Shown here: positions 5,143-6,267 of the stretch, in pieces | How the letters are laid out: the number at the start of each line of letters is the position of its first letter | Numbering within the stretch: position 1 is the stretch's first letter | Assembly: GCA_029856525.1 (NCBI GenBank) | Contig: JAHQXC010000073.1 | Location: 1-6,267, forward strand | Source of the DNA: Candidatus Odinarchaeia archaeon | GTDB taxonomy: Archaea; Asgardarchaeota; Odinarchaeia; Odinarchaeales; Odinarchaeaceae | DNA: 6,267 nt | Direction of reading: 5' to 3' | The notes under the pieces: generated by a model | What the model saw: only the letters and a program-made list of their open reading frames with translations | Databases searched by the model: none | Told to the model about the DNA's origin: nothing | Position numbers and translations under genes: made by a program

Positions 5143-6267
5143 TTATAAGACTGGTTTAACGAGTCCGGCTAGTTTATTTTCTACAAAATTCTTGACTTTA
5201 ATTATATCCGGTTCGAATTCGTTAACAGGCTCCGCTATTTCAATAGCCTCCTGCGGATCCTTAAGCATGTGACCGGTAGTGATACAGACTACAGTCTCAT
5301 CTTGCTCTATTACCCCTTCTTCAAGTAATTTTTTAACACCGGCAAGTGAAGCTGCACTCGCAGGTTCAACTCCTATCCCCTCTAATTTAGCTAGAGCTTT
5401 CTGCATCACTATGATTTCACTGTCGCTTACGCTTTCAGCTATACCTTTCGACTCTTTTATCGCTTTAACAGCTTTAGGCCAGTTTACAGGCCTCCCTATT
5501 CGAATAGCTGTAGCTATGGTTTCAGGTTTATCTGTGAATTGAATCAGCTTTAAATTCCTTTTTATCATATTTACTACAGGCGAAGCGCCTTCTGCTTGTA
5601 TACCCGTCATCATAGGAAGCGAATCGGTTAAAGATACTCTTTCAAGCTCTTTAAAGCCTTTCCATATCGCGGAAATATTCCCGCAGTTACCGACAGGTAA
5701 AACTACACGATCCGGCACCTGACCAAGCTGGTCAACTATTTCATAAGCGGTCGTCTTCTGGCCTTCAAGCCTCCACGGGTTTAAAGAGTTTAAAAGATAT
5801 ATGTTCTCCTCATTACATAACTGTTCAACTATGGATAAAGCCTGATCGAAATTACCTTTTAAAGCTATTACACAGGCACCGTGAAGCATCGCCTGTGAAA
5901 GCTTACCCATAGCAACCTTTCCAGCCGGTAATAGAACGAAGCAGGCTAAGCCGGCTTTAGCAGCGTAAGCGGCTAATGAAGCGGATGTGTTACCCGTAGA
6001 AGCGCAGCCAACTGATTTAATCCCTAACTCAACCACCTTTGTAACTCCGACAGTCATCCCTCTATCTTTAAAACTACCGGTTGGGTTAGCGCCTTCAAAC
6101 TTAACATATAAATTCTTTAGTCCTATTAATTCACCTAAACGCTTAACATGATAAAGAGGTGTCCCGCCTTCAAACAAGGAAACTTTTACCTCCGGGTTCA
6201 CCGGCAGCAGCTCGAAGTAACGCCAAACGTATAGAGGTCTCTCCTTAAATTTAGCCCAGCTAATAGA
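5143..6267 (-). CDS. thrC: Threonine synthase (PLP-dependent, fold type II), 5' end outside the window
   Basis: PLP-lysine motif NPTGSFKDRG, plus CASTGNT, NSLNPWRLEGQKT, PVGNCGN, EPASA and TGH.LKD. The frame is open upstream of the ORF-track GTG at 6201 to the window edge (SISWAKFKERPLYVWRYFELLPV), including the conserved WRY..LLP motif, so that GTG is an internal Val. Confidence 0.96.
   Translation of the reverse strand, partial: SISWAKFKERPLYVWRYFELLPVNPEVKVSLFEGGTPLYHVKRLGELIGLKNLYVKFEGANPTGSFKDRGMTVGVTKVVELGIKSVGCASTGNTSASLAAYAAKAGLACFVLLPAGKVAMGKLSQAMLHGACVIALKGNFDQALSIVEQLCNEENIYLLNSLNPWRLEGQKTTAYEIVDQLGQVPDRVVLPVGNCGNISAIWKGFKELERVSLTDSLPMMTGIQAEGASPVVNMIKRNLKLIQFTDKPETIATAIRIGRPVNWPKAVKAIKESKGIAESVSDSEIIVMQKALAKLEGIGVEPASAASLAGVKKLLEEGVIEQDETVVCITTGHMLKDPQEAIEIAEPVNEFEPDIIKVKNFVENKLAGLVKPVL

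Noticed and set aside
5279-5542. Plus-strand 87-aa ORF
   Set aside because: Antisense shadow of thrC.

Overview
Archaeal chromosomal window of mostly housekeeping and regulatory genes. The archaeal call rests on GGAGGTGA-type Shine-Dalgarno sites, TATA-like AT-rich spacers and a TFE-beta with an Fe-S motif; a TACK/Asgard affiliation is an inference only. On the minus strand, from right to left: threonine synthase (5'-truncated by the window edge), a MEMO1/AmmeMemoRadiSam protein B, a thiolase plus DUF35 Zn-ribbon/OB-fold pair, an Lrp/AsnC-like regulator tightly linked to a single-domain KaiC-like ATPase, and an A24 prepilin/prearchaellin peptidase that is absent from the ORF track and runs off the left edge. 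The one real plus-strand gene is a TFE-beta (RPC34-like). No tRNA, rRNA, CRISPR array or mobile element is visible. The least explained part is 490-670, between kaiC-like and the peptidase. It holds a GC-rich, potentially structured 75-nt island, and the peptidase has no in-frame ATG/GTG/TTG upstream of its first catalytic Asp but has a short upstream ORF, a hairpin and a slippery heptamer in its leader.
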